From a virus (lineage: Duplodnaviria; Heunggongvirae; Uroviricota; Caudoviricetes): DNA of 22,098 nt. Below are positions 14,731-22,098 of this stretch, in pieces (the first letter of the stretch is position 1; each line of letters opens with the position of its first letter). The DNA lies in IMG/VR virus record IMGVR_UViG_2713896791_000015; one strand, given 5' to 3'. The notes under the pieces were generated by a model. That model was not told the DNA's origin and did no database searches. It saw only the letters and a list, made by a program, of their open reading frames with translations. A program made the position numbers and the translations under genes.

Positions 14731-14841
14731 ACGCCTAAAAAGGATCTAAAAAGGATTAAAAATGGAAAAAGGTTTATAAAAATACTCTGTGGATATGTGA
14801 GTAGCGTCACTTAAGGTGTAAAAATCACCCTCAATAATCGC
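14731..14841. promoter_or_regulatory. Replication origin accessory elements: phased A-tract AT-rich region, DnaA-box-like site, distal inverted iteron
   Basis: Tandem CTAAAAAGGA x2 and A5 tracts at about 10-12 bp phasing (14736..14785); TGTGGATAT (14788..14796) matches the DnaA box consensus TGTGNATAA in 8 of 9 positions; inverted iteron GGTGTAAAAATCACCCTCAA at 14814..14833. Confidence 0.6.
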
Positions 14842-14938
14842 TTCTCGACCGGCAAAGATCTTCATTCAATCCCCATCGCAAATCACACACTCCCTATCCT
14901 CTGGAAAATGAACAGATACCTGCTTTTCGGAGGAATAA

Positions 14939-15760
14939 TTGAACATTCCAAAATTCCCATTGCCTTCCCGTCCTGAGACAGAAATTCAGTTTCACGCCCC
15001 TACCGTGAAGGATGCGCTGAAATATTCTGACCTGAACCCGGCAGAAGATGAGGCAACTACTACAGAGTACCTTAACTCTATGCAGGATGGTGAAATTAAC
15101 GACAGTGCTAACTGGACAGTTCAGGATCGCAGAACTGCTCTTTGGTGGATATTTGTTAATTCGCGCCCTGATGCAGTAATGACCTACTCCTATGAGTGCA
15201 GTCACTGCGGTAATACGCATCATGCAGATATTAACCTGAGCGACCTGGCCCAAACAGTAGAAATACTCACTGTGCCTCCTTACGTGAAAACCAACGTACC
15301 AGTAAATGGAGTACCAACTGACTGGATACTTAAACCATTAACCGGGAAAGGCGCGGAACTCCTTGAACGAATGCGAGCGTCACTTCCTGATATGAAAAGC
15401 CCCGAATACAGTGCTGGCGTGGCACGGATGCGAATTGCTGAACTCGCTTTATGCACGGCGCTTGAAGACGATCCGGAGGACTTCACGCAGGCCGCTAACC
15501 GACGCTTTGACATCATTGAAAGCATGGCGCTTGAAACCGAATTTACTCCGCTTGTGGCTCGCATACAGCTTATGCAAAAAGACCTACGCCACGGCCTGAA
15601 AATGTCTATTGAGAGAGGCACAAGCCGACTGATCCTGCCTCCGCAACATTGCAAAAACGCTAAGGAGGGTGCAGATGTGACAACCACACTGTACGTCCCC
15701 TTTCTCAATAGAGAGTTTATCCCATCAATTAGATCTGAATGGATGGCTAACCATTATTAA
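14939..15760 (+). CDS. Hypothetical protein with a CxxC..HH zinc-ribbon-like motif, immediately upstream of the tape-measure gene
   Basis: 273-aa ORF, TTG start with GGAGG SD 5 nt upstream; motif YECSHCGNTHH; position directly before the tape measure suggests a tail assembly role, but it is larger than typical chaperones. Confidence 0.5.
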   Translation: MNIPKFPLPSRPETEIQFHAPTVKDALKYSDLNPAEDEATTTEYLNSMQDGEINDSANWTVQDRRTALWWIFVNSRPDAVMTYSYECSHCGNTHHADINLSDLAQTVEILTVPPYVKTNVPVNGVPTDWILKPLTGKGAELLERMRASLPDMKSPEYSAGVARMRIAELALCTALEDDPEDFTQAANRRFDIIESMALETEFTPLVARIQLMQKDLRHGLKMSIERGTSRLILPPQHCKNAKEGADVTTTLYVPFLNREFIPSIRSEWMANHY

Positions 15761-15774
15761 CAACCTGACTCTAT

Positions 15775-18700
15775 ATGGATATCAGCCCGTTAGCGACGTT
15801 GAACAATTACCGCAATGGCGAGCACTCCATATGTCAAAAGCCCTGGAAGAAAAATACAAAGCTCAAGCTGGGAAACGTTGATCGCGCTGGTAAAAGAGAG
15901 GTTATTTTGAAAGAGAATAAAGACCGTATCGCAATAATTGACGCTATTCAGGAGGCGAGCACAAACGAACTTAAAGCTCTTGCTGAGGTAAAAGACGCCA
16001 TTCTTTCTGGGGCAAGCACCATAACTCAACAGGACGAAAGGCAAGGCAGAGTTAGCAACAGACTATCACGCAGGCGTAAAGACTACGAGCAAAGTACATC
16101 TGATAGCGTTAGAGATGTCCAAACTAACCCATATAAAAAACGTCTCCCTGCTAAAAAGGAAAGGGCACCGATAAACCAAACCGTGGACCGCTCTATCGTT
16201 GCAACGAACACACCAGAAAGTGTTCGCTCCGTGCAATCACGTCAGACCATCCGAAAACCGGACGGTTTTATACCGGTAGCTGCTAATTCAGCCCCTCTTG
16301 AACCACAATCTCCCCAAAGTCTAAAAGGCCCGCTGCGGGATAGTAGTGGACGTTTTGTATCCCAAAAAAGCAATGAGGATGTAGCCAGAAAAAAAGAATT
16401 GCAGAACGCACGTAAAGCCGACGCAAAATTACAAGCTGGCTTTCTCAGAAAGCTAGGTTCCATTATGGGGGTAGATGGCAATCAGTCTTCCAGTGAAGAG
16501 TCTTTAACAAATGCAGCTGGTGTCGGTGCTGGTGGGCCGTTATGGATGGCGGCTCGTGGCATGTACGACATAACTAAAGAGATCACAGGTAAAGCAGAAT
16601 CTCTTAAAGAATGGGTAGAAAAGGGGAAAAAAGAAACATCAACCTCGAAAGCGATATCACCAGTAATTACTTATCCGGCGGCGGTGAATTCTCAAAAAGC
16701 AACATCTGCAAAAGCGTTCAATAACGCTGTTGAGACAAAATCCGCACAAGCAGTAGAAGAGCAAACCAAAATCCTTCAGACCAATGACAACAAAATAATT
16801 GATGGTCTGGAAAATGTTTCTGACGAGATACTTAAGCTTCGGAAATCAGTGTATTCTGGAAATAAGTTCGGCTTAAGTGATCTCTGGAAAAATCGAGCAA
16901 GCAGAAGAAATAAAATCAATATTGGTGATCAGACGGGAAAAAATAAACGGAACAAATCGAAAAGGAAAGGCCGCAATCTTGGAAAAAAAGCACTCTCCGC
17001 TGGCGAAAAAGTTGCTGCCGGTAGCGCTGCGGCTGGCACTGGTGTCGGAGCAGCAAAAGTAGTTAAAAATAAGATCAGCAAACCCAAAGATGTAAGCACT
17101 ATCAGCGATACATCAAAGGGGATTGCAAAGGAAACAAAAAATACTGCTAAGGCCGTGAAGTCAGCTGGTGTTGTGGCTGAAGATGCCACCATTAAAACCG
17201 GCGAAGCCATTGCAAAGAAAAAAACTGAATCTGTAGCCCTCAAAAGTGCTGCAAAAATAGGTGTTAAATCAGCAGCATCCACAGCGGCAAGAGCGGTCCC
17301 TATCATCGGTTCGCTGGCAATGGCTGGATATGACGCCATAGATGGTTACACAGATACAGAGGCGCAAAAGGCAGCCTTTGGTTTAAGTGACGATAATGCT
17401 GTATCCGAACAGCAAAAAACGGCTTACGCAACAGCTAATGTGCTCGATATGGGGGGCTTGGTGTCGGGCGCAACGAACTTGATAGGGAAAGGAATTTCTG
17501 CGCTAGGATTTGAAAGAGCAGGTGAAAAACTTCAGAATTTTGATACCGGAGATATTGCTCGTGGTGTTAACGGCGCGGTAGATATCACCAAATCTGTTTT
17601 TGGTAGCCTTAAGGATACATTTTTATCCACTGACGAAAACACGAAACAAGTAAAAAAAGCTGTTGAAGACGGCACCAAAAAAACTGTCGATGCGATTCAT
17701 TCTCTAGGTGAACAATTACAAGGTGGGCGTAATGGCGAGGATGGAGTTGGTGAGCACGGGTATACTTCTCCAACTGAATTTAGTGCACCTGCCAACAACA
17801 CCATTGCAGCGGATCTGAATATTGGCGGCAGCAACGCTAAAAACCGCAATTACCGAAATAATAATCTCGGCAATCTTGTTTTTGCCAACCAGGAAGGGGC
17901 GACGCTGGAATCGCCAAATGCAAAAGGTGAACAACGTTTTGCTCGATTTAACACGCCTGAAGAAGGGATCAGGGCACTGGCAAACCAGGTTTCCAGCTAT
18001 TACAACGGCACCAGTGCCGCAGCGGGATATCAGAAGTTACAGACGGTATCCAGCATCATTTCAAAATGGGCACCGCCAAATGAGAACAATACTAACCAAT
18101 ATATTGATAACGTCAGTAAATATCTTGGTGTATCGCCTAATGAAAAAATAGATGTCAGCAACCCAGAGGTTATGACGCAATTAGTTCGTGCAATTGCGAC
18201 GAAAGAAGGCGGAAATCCGGCAGTTAATAATGAGTTCATTAAGAATGCACTTGGAGCATTTAACACAAACACTGGTCGATGGGAGGGACAATTCTCTGAC
18301 GAAACATTGGCGCGGATTAATAAAATTCAGAAAGAAAATGGTGGTCAGCTAATTGCCCGCGATTCGCAATATAGTGTTGGTCGCAAGGTAAAATATGCTA
18401 ATGGAAAATCTCCAGCTCATCCAGTTTTGAATGCCGTTCCGACAGCAACACAACAGCCAATTGAGGTTGCACAACATGCCCAGGCAGTCAAAAAGCCACA
18501 AAAAACAGGCAATCAATCGCAACCGATTAATCCAGAGAATGTTGATGTTAATACTGGCTCGCCATCAAGTCTGCTTGAGAGATTAATCGCTATAAATGAA
18601 AGCGGGGTAGGTAATTTATTTGGAGGTGCGGCTACCAGCCTTGCTGGTACAAGCCTTGGCCTGATTAAGGATTTTGCGTCGGCGACTTCGTTTGGTTCTA

Positions 18701-19557
18701 TATCTTCGCTTTCCGAAAAAGCGAAAGGAATGGATCAGGCTCTTACTGAAAAGATATCCAGCTTAACCGGTAAATCTTTTGGATTTCAAAAAGCAAGCCA
18801 GGTAACTGATATAAGAGACGCTTTACAAAAAAGACCAAAAGCTGAACTCGATATGCCTTCAGTGGATCTTCTCTCCGGTGTTTCTTCGGCAAGTGAGAGT
18901 GAAAAAATCTCTGTAAACTCAAGGGGGATTCCAGTTTATGACAATGGATACAAGGTAATTGATGGTGAAGATAAGGGGGTGCTTGGCTCTTTGTTTGACT
19001 CGTCATTAACAGGTCTGAAACGTATTAGCTCTGCTGTGTTACCTGCAATTGGCGATAACGTTTCACAACTTATTGGTGGGGTAGATGGCACAGGCATTGT
19101 TAATGATTTGATTTATCAGGCTACTGGGCAGAATTCAACAATTGCCAGGGCTATTAGCCCGCTTACCAGGAGCGCCGGTAGTTGGCTGAATAATGGTATT
19201 CAACAAACCGCAGATAGCATTAGAGGTATATCAAACGAAGCCAATAATGCCATATTTGGCTCTGCGTCAGCCGTGCAAGAACCTTTTCTTGCTTTGCCAC
19301 CACAGCTTCCTACTGTAACAGATCTCGCACGAAGCGGAATAAGACAACCATTAACTACTGACACTATAAATAACGATCCTGCTATGTTGAAGGCGCTGGA
19401 TAACATCTGCTCTATCCTGAACGATCTTCTGAATGTGAACAAGAACAATACAAAAGGCGATCCGGATAAGGTTGTCAAAACATCGCAGCCGCAACCGCGA
19501 CCACGTGCTAGCACAACTATTAATGACCCGTCGCTGGATGCTCTGCTTGAGGATTAA
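15775..19557 (+). CDS. Tail tape-measure / injection protein (Sit-like), 1260 aa, with Lys/Ala-rich N-terminal third and a central globular domain
   Basis: Very long ORF immediately upstream of baseplate W/J/I genes; N-terminal low-complexity K/A/S-rich helical region; central block NLGNLVFANQEGATLESPNAKGEQRFARFNTPEEGIRALANQVSSYYNG...; Ser/Gly-rich C-terminal half. Start uncertain (ATG 15775 lacks SD; TTG near 15904 has AGAGAGG SD). Confidence 0.65.
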   Translation: MDISPLATLNNYRNGEHSICQKPWKKNTKLKLGNVDRAGKREVILKENKDRIAIIDAIQEASTNELKALAEVKDAILSGASTITQQDERQGRVSNRLSRRRKDYEQSTSDSVRDVQTNPYKKRLPAKKERAPINQTVDRSIVATNTPESVRSVQSRQTIRKPDGFIPVAANSAPLEPQSPQSLKGPLRDSSGRFVSQKSNEDVARKKELQNARKADAKLQAGFLRKLGSIMGVDGNQSSSEESLTNAAGVGAGGPLWMAARGMYDITKEITGKAESLKEWVEKGKKETSTSKAISPVITYPAAVNSQKATSAKAFNNAVETKSAQAVEEQTKILQTNDNKIIDGLENVSDEILKLRKSVYSGNKFGLSDLWKNRASRRNKINIGDQTGKNKRNKSKRKGRNLGKKALSAGEKVAAGSAAAGTGVGAAKVVKNKISKPKDVSTISDTSKGIAKETKNTAKAVKSAGVVAEDATIKTGEAIAKKKTESVALKSAAKIGVKSAASTAARAVPIIGSLAMAGYDAIDGYTDTEAQKAAFGLSDDNAVSEQQKTAYATANVLDMGGLVSGATNLIGKGISALGFERAGEKLQNFDTGDIARGVNGAVDITKSVFGSLKDTFLSTDENTKQVKKAVEDGTKKTVDAIHSLGEQLQGGRNGEDGVGEHGYTSPTEFSAPANNTIAADLNIGGSNAKNRNYRNNNLGNLVFANQEGATLESPNAKGEQRFARFNTPEEGIRALANQVSSYYNGTSAAAGYQKLQTVSSIISKWAPPNENNTNQYIDNVSKYLGVSPNEKIDVSNPEVMTQLVRAIATKEGGNPAVNNEFIKNALGAFNTNTGRWEGQFSDETLARINKIQKENGGQLIARDSQYSVGRKVKYANGKSPAHPVLNAVPTATQQPIEVAQHAQAVKKPQKTGNQSQPINPENVDVNTGSPSSLLERLIAINESGVGNLFGGAATSLAGTSLGLIKDFASATSFGSISSLSEKAKGMDQALTEKISSLTGKSFGFQKASQVTDIRDALQKRPKAELDMPSVDLLSGVSSASESEKISVNSRGIPVYDNGYKVIDGEDKGVLGSLFDSSLTGLKRISSAVLPAIGDNVSQLIGGVDGTGIVNDLIYQATGQNSTIARAISPLTRSAGSWLNNGIQQTADSIRGISNEANNAIFGSASAVQEPFLALPPQLPTVTDLARSGIRQPLTTDTINNDPAMLKALDNICSILNDLLNVNKNNTKGDPDKVVKTSQPQPRPRASTTINDPSLDALLED

Positions 19558-19562
19558 TACAG

Positions 19563-19937
19563 ATGCTTTATGAAATAGACGCAAGACTTCAAACGAATGA
19601 GAGCGGTGTCATTATTGCAGAAGGAAGTACCGCAGCATGGATGGCCCGACTTGACGAGTGGCTACGAACCCCTGAAGGGAGTGTTTATGGTTTACCCTCT
19701 TGGGGGAATCCAATGGAAGAATTTAAGCATGAACCATTCGGCTCTGAAACTTCGCACATAGTTGAAGTGGCTATTGAAGGGAGAATGATGAAAAAACTAC
19801 GACAAGACTTGCCAGGTTTGGATGTGCAGGGGATTCGTTGCACATCAATTTCTGAAGATTCTTTATTAATTAGTTTTTATGCGAAAGGTGGGAGCATGGA
19901 TATTGTTATGCAGAAATCAAGTGGGGTGGGCGCGTGA
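19563..19937 (+). CDS. Baseplate wedge protein, gpW / gp25-like
   Basis: 124 aa; segment WLRTPEGSVYGLPSWGNPMEEF resembles the conserved LRTPxGSR...YGS core of P2 gpW / T4 gp25 as recalled; stop overlaps the next gene start (GTGA). Confidence 0.6.
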   Translation: MLYEIDARLQTNESGVIIAEGSTAAWMARLDEWLRTPEGSVYGLPSWGNPMEEFKHEPFGSETSHIVEVAIEGRMMKKLRQDLPGLDVQGIRCTSISEDSLLISFYAKGGSMDIVMQKSSGVGA

Positions 19938-21364
19938 CGATTACAGAATTACTGGACAAATTTAATGCCAAGTTAAATGAAAACACATGGTGGTCACGAT
20001 TTGTAAATAGTCAGTTTGTGCAGATGCACGCTATATTCGGATCACAGCTTATTTATATTGCCCGTACATTTGCAAGCCGCGGCCTCACTGAGGGACTTAT
20101 TTCAACGGCTACGCGCCGCTCAAGTATTTTAGCGGTTGCTGAAGACCGTAGCTACGTAGGGAGATTTGTTAGTGCTTCATACGGAACAACGTCTATAACC
20201 AATAAAACTGATCGGGATATTACGTTACCAGCCGGGGCTGAATTGCTTGCCAATGACCAAACACCTTTGGCAATTATTAACAGTGTTGTAATTCCTGCTG
20301 GAGGAACTGTTTCTGGCGTAGAAACTAAACAGCATGAAGCTGTTAGCGTTACATTTGATATTGAGAAGGAAACTTTATTTCTGACATTGTTGCTTTCCAG
20401 AGAGTTAACAAAAGAAGTCTCTAGCCTGGATGTTTATGTTATTACAGATGGCGTAGAAGAAAAATGGACATATAACCCATTATTTAGAATGTCCAGAGAC
20501 AAGAGTAAGCACTATTCATTGGCATATAAACCTACAGAACAACTAGGAGTCAAGTTTGGTGATGGTTCTATGGGTATGATGCCTCCAGCAGGCTGTCAGG
20601 TTCGAATCGATGTTATGGCTAGCCTTGGCGACTATACTTTGGCTGAAGGACAAAAGTTAGAACCGGCTGGAAATATCGCTCAATATGTGGAGTCACTAGA
20701 GTTTAAAACTGATTCGATCATTACCGGTGGTAGTGGTATGGAAACTACAGAAGAAACTCGAAATCGTGCTCAGTATTATGTTGCATACGATGAACAAGTG
20801 GTATGGGGCGGTGATTATCGCCAATTCATTCAGAATGTTGTTCATGGAACTTCATGGTTGAACGTTTGGGGCGAAGCGTTACAAGAGAAAATAACTGGGT
20901 TTGACGTTCGAAACATCAACAAAATCTTCTTTTGCGGACATAAACCGGGTGTAAGCCAGGCTCAGCTAAAATCAGAAATACTGAAAGCTCTAGAGAATGT
21001 TCCAAATGAGTTGAACAAGCGGTTCGAGTATGTAGATACAAATGAACAGCCATTTACTATAAATTTTACAGGTATTGCACGTAAAAATGTTCTGATAGAC
21101 GACGCTCAAAATGCTATTAAAGCAGCGTTGGAAGATAATTTTGGCCGTGATTCGTCATCATTCAGTTTATTACTACAGAGTGATGATGATTCCCAGCAAT
21201 GTTATGCACAGGTAAAAGTTAAAGATATTTGGCGAGTAATAGAGTCTCTGGATATGTTTCTGTCTTACGACATAACAATACAAAATATGAAAGATGCTGT
21301 TTACTTTAATGACTTCATTTATCTTGACGTGAAATCTTCAACGTTCAGCATTTCTTACCCGTAA
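19934..21364 (+). CDS. Baseplate J-like protein
   Basis: 476-aa ORF translationally coupled to the gpW-like gene (GTGA overlap) in the canonical W-J-I order; call by synteny and size. Confidence 0.55.
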   Translation: MTITELLDKFNAKLNENTWWSRFVNSQFVQMHAIFGSQLIYIARTFASRGLTEGLISTATRRSSILAVAEDRSYVGRFVSASYGTTSITNKTDRDITLPAGAELLANDQTPLAIINSVVIPAGGTVSGVETKQHEAVSVTFDIEKETLFLTLLLSRELTKEVSSLDVYVITDGVEEKWTYNPLFRMSRDKSKHYSLAYKPTEQLGVKFGDGSMGMMPPAGCQVRIDVMASLGDYTLAEGQKLEPAGNIAQYVESLEFKTDSIITGGSGMETTEETRNRAQYYVAYDEQVVWGGDYRQFIQNVVHGTSWLNVWGEALQEKITGFDVRNINKIFFCGHKPGVSQAQLKSEILKALENVPNELNKRFEYVDTNEQPFTINFTGIARKNVLIDDAQNAIKAALEDNFGRDSSSFSLLLQSDDDSQQCYAQVKVKDIWRVIESLDMFLSYDITIQNMKDAVYFNDFIYLDVKSSTFSISYP

Positions 21365-21374
21365 TGAGGTTGGC

Positions 21375-22088
21375 ATGAAAGATAATTGGCTTAAGGAACG
21401 ATTAACTAAAGTAAAACAGGATTCACATCTCTGGAGTGCCTTTATCGACGCTTTACAGGATGTCTGGAATGAGGCAGTAGAACCAATATTAACAAGAATA
21501 AGTAACAGAAAATCCTTCTTCACTATGGACAGTGAGGATATGGATGCCCGCATTGCTGAATACGGGCGTTTTTTCGTCATCACTGAAAAAGATAAGGCTC
21601 GTAGGCCAATGCTACTGGCACAACGTTTAGATGAAGTGCACTTTAAAGGCACTATCTTGCCTATTGAGCAGACATTCTGGCGTGAATTCGGTTGTATTCC
21701 TGTTAGCTGGGAACCGCTGTATGCACCTGTAAATATAGAAAAACACCCCTATGGTTCATATTTTGCGACCGAAATAGAAATACCTACGGCACAGGCTCAA
21801 TTCGGTGAGTTCTTCCTGACATCAAGGGGGCTGGTCGTTGTTGATCAGAACAAGCTATATCGCTCATATGGAGAGCAGGATAAAGAAGCCGCTGTGCAGA
21901 AATTGTTATCTGACTTCGAAACAGTAATAGCCCCTTTGTTGCCATTGCATATTGTTTTTGATGGCGTCTCGTTTCGGCTTAGTGCTGTATTCCCTGAAGT
22001 GGCAGAAATACTAAATTGCTTGTCTACGGATGTTTCGGTTGAACCGCCCCGGAAATCCTGGAGACTAAACTCCCTGAGAAAGAGGTAA
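21375..22088 (+). CDS. Baseplate / tail protein I-like
   Basis: 237-aa ORF directly following the J-like gene; TGAGGT SD; canonical position of gpI in P2/Mu-type baseplate operons; followed by AAGAGG plus ATG at 22093, the start of a further gene cut by the window end. Confidence 0.4.
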   Translation: MKDNWLKERLTKVKQDSHLWSAFIDALQDVWNEAVEPILTRISNRKSFFTMDSEDMDARIAEYGRFFVITEKDKARRPMLLAQRLDEVHFKGTILPIEQTFWREFGCIPVSWEPLYAPVNIEKHPYGSYFATEIEIPTAQAQFGEFFLTSRGLVVVDQNKLYRSYGEQDKEAAVQKLLSDFETVIAPLLPLHIVFDGVSFRLSAVFPEVAEILNCLSTDVSVEPPRKSWRLNSLRKR

Positions 22089-22098
22089 ACAGGATGAC

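Noticed and set aside
14610-14810. 66-aa minus-strand ORF across the origin iterons and A-tract region
   Set aside because: Lies entirely within repeats and the AT-rich origin; its sequence is a translation of iterons.
16929-17339. 136-aa minus-strand ORF inside the tape-measure gene
   Set aside because: Antisense to the Lys/Ala-rich low-complexity region, which yields long open antisense frames; no start context.
1-22098. Scan for CRISPR arrays, tRNA and rRNA genes
   Set aside because: No regularly spaced direct repeats with unique spacers, no cloverleaf-like or rRNA-like segments found by eye in intergenic regions; the only repeat arrays are iterons and partition-site repeats.

Overview
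This window looks like a segment of a contractile-tailed phage-plasmid (P1-like in overall architecture, but with a different replicon), physically joined at its left edge to the 5' end of the chromosomal housekeeping gene glnS. Left to right: (1) glnS 5' portion on the minus strand, interrupted by a 50-nt N-run flanked by identical 20-mers (assembly artefact); (2) two back-to-back plasmid partition loci, a ParA Walker-type ATPase with a small RHH partner and an actin-like ParM/ParR pair with upstream TTGAGAAT repeats; (3) a PAAR-domain protein with a translationally coupled downstream gene; (4) an overlapped Rz/Rz1-type spanin pair; (5) a divergent two-gene accessory operon of unknown function; (6) a structural block: large virion protein, small Ig-like (Big_2) protein, tail sheath, acidic protein with polybasic tail, tail-tube-like proteins, two unknowns; (7) a RepE (F-plasmid RepFIA)-like iteron replicon with DnaA box and phased A-tracts, inserted inside the tail gene cluster; (8) a 1260-aa tape-measure-like protein followed by baseplate W/gp25-like, J-like and I-like genes. 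No rRNA, tRNA or CRISPR array was seen. All product calls rest on motifs read by eye and recalled family features; no database search was possible.
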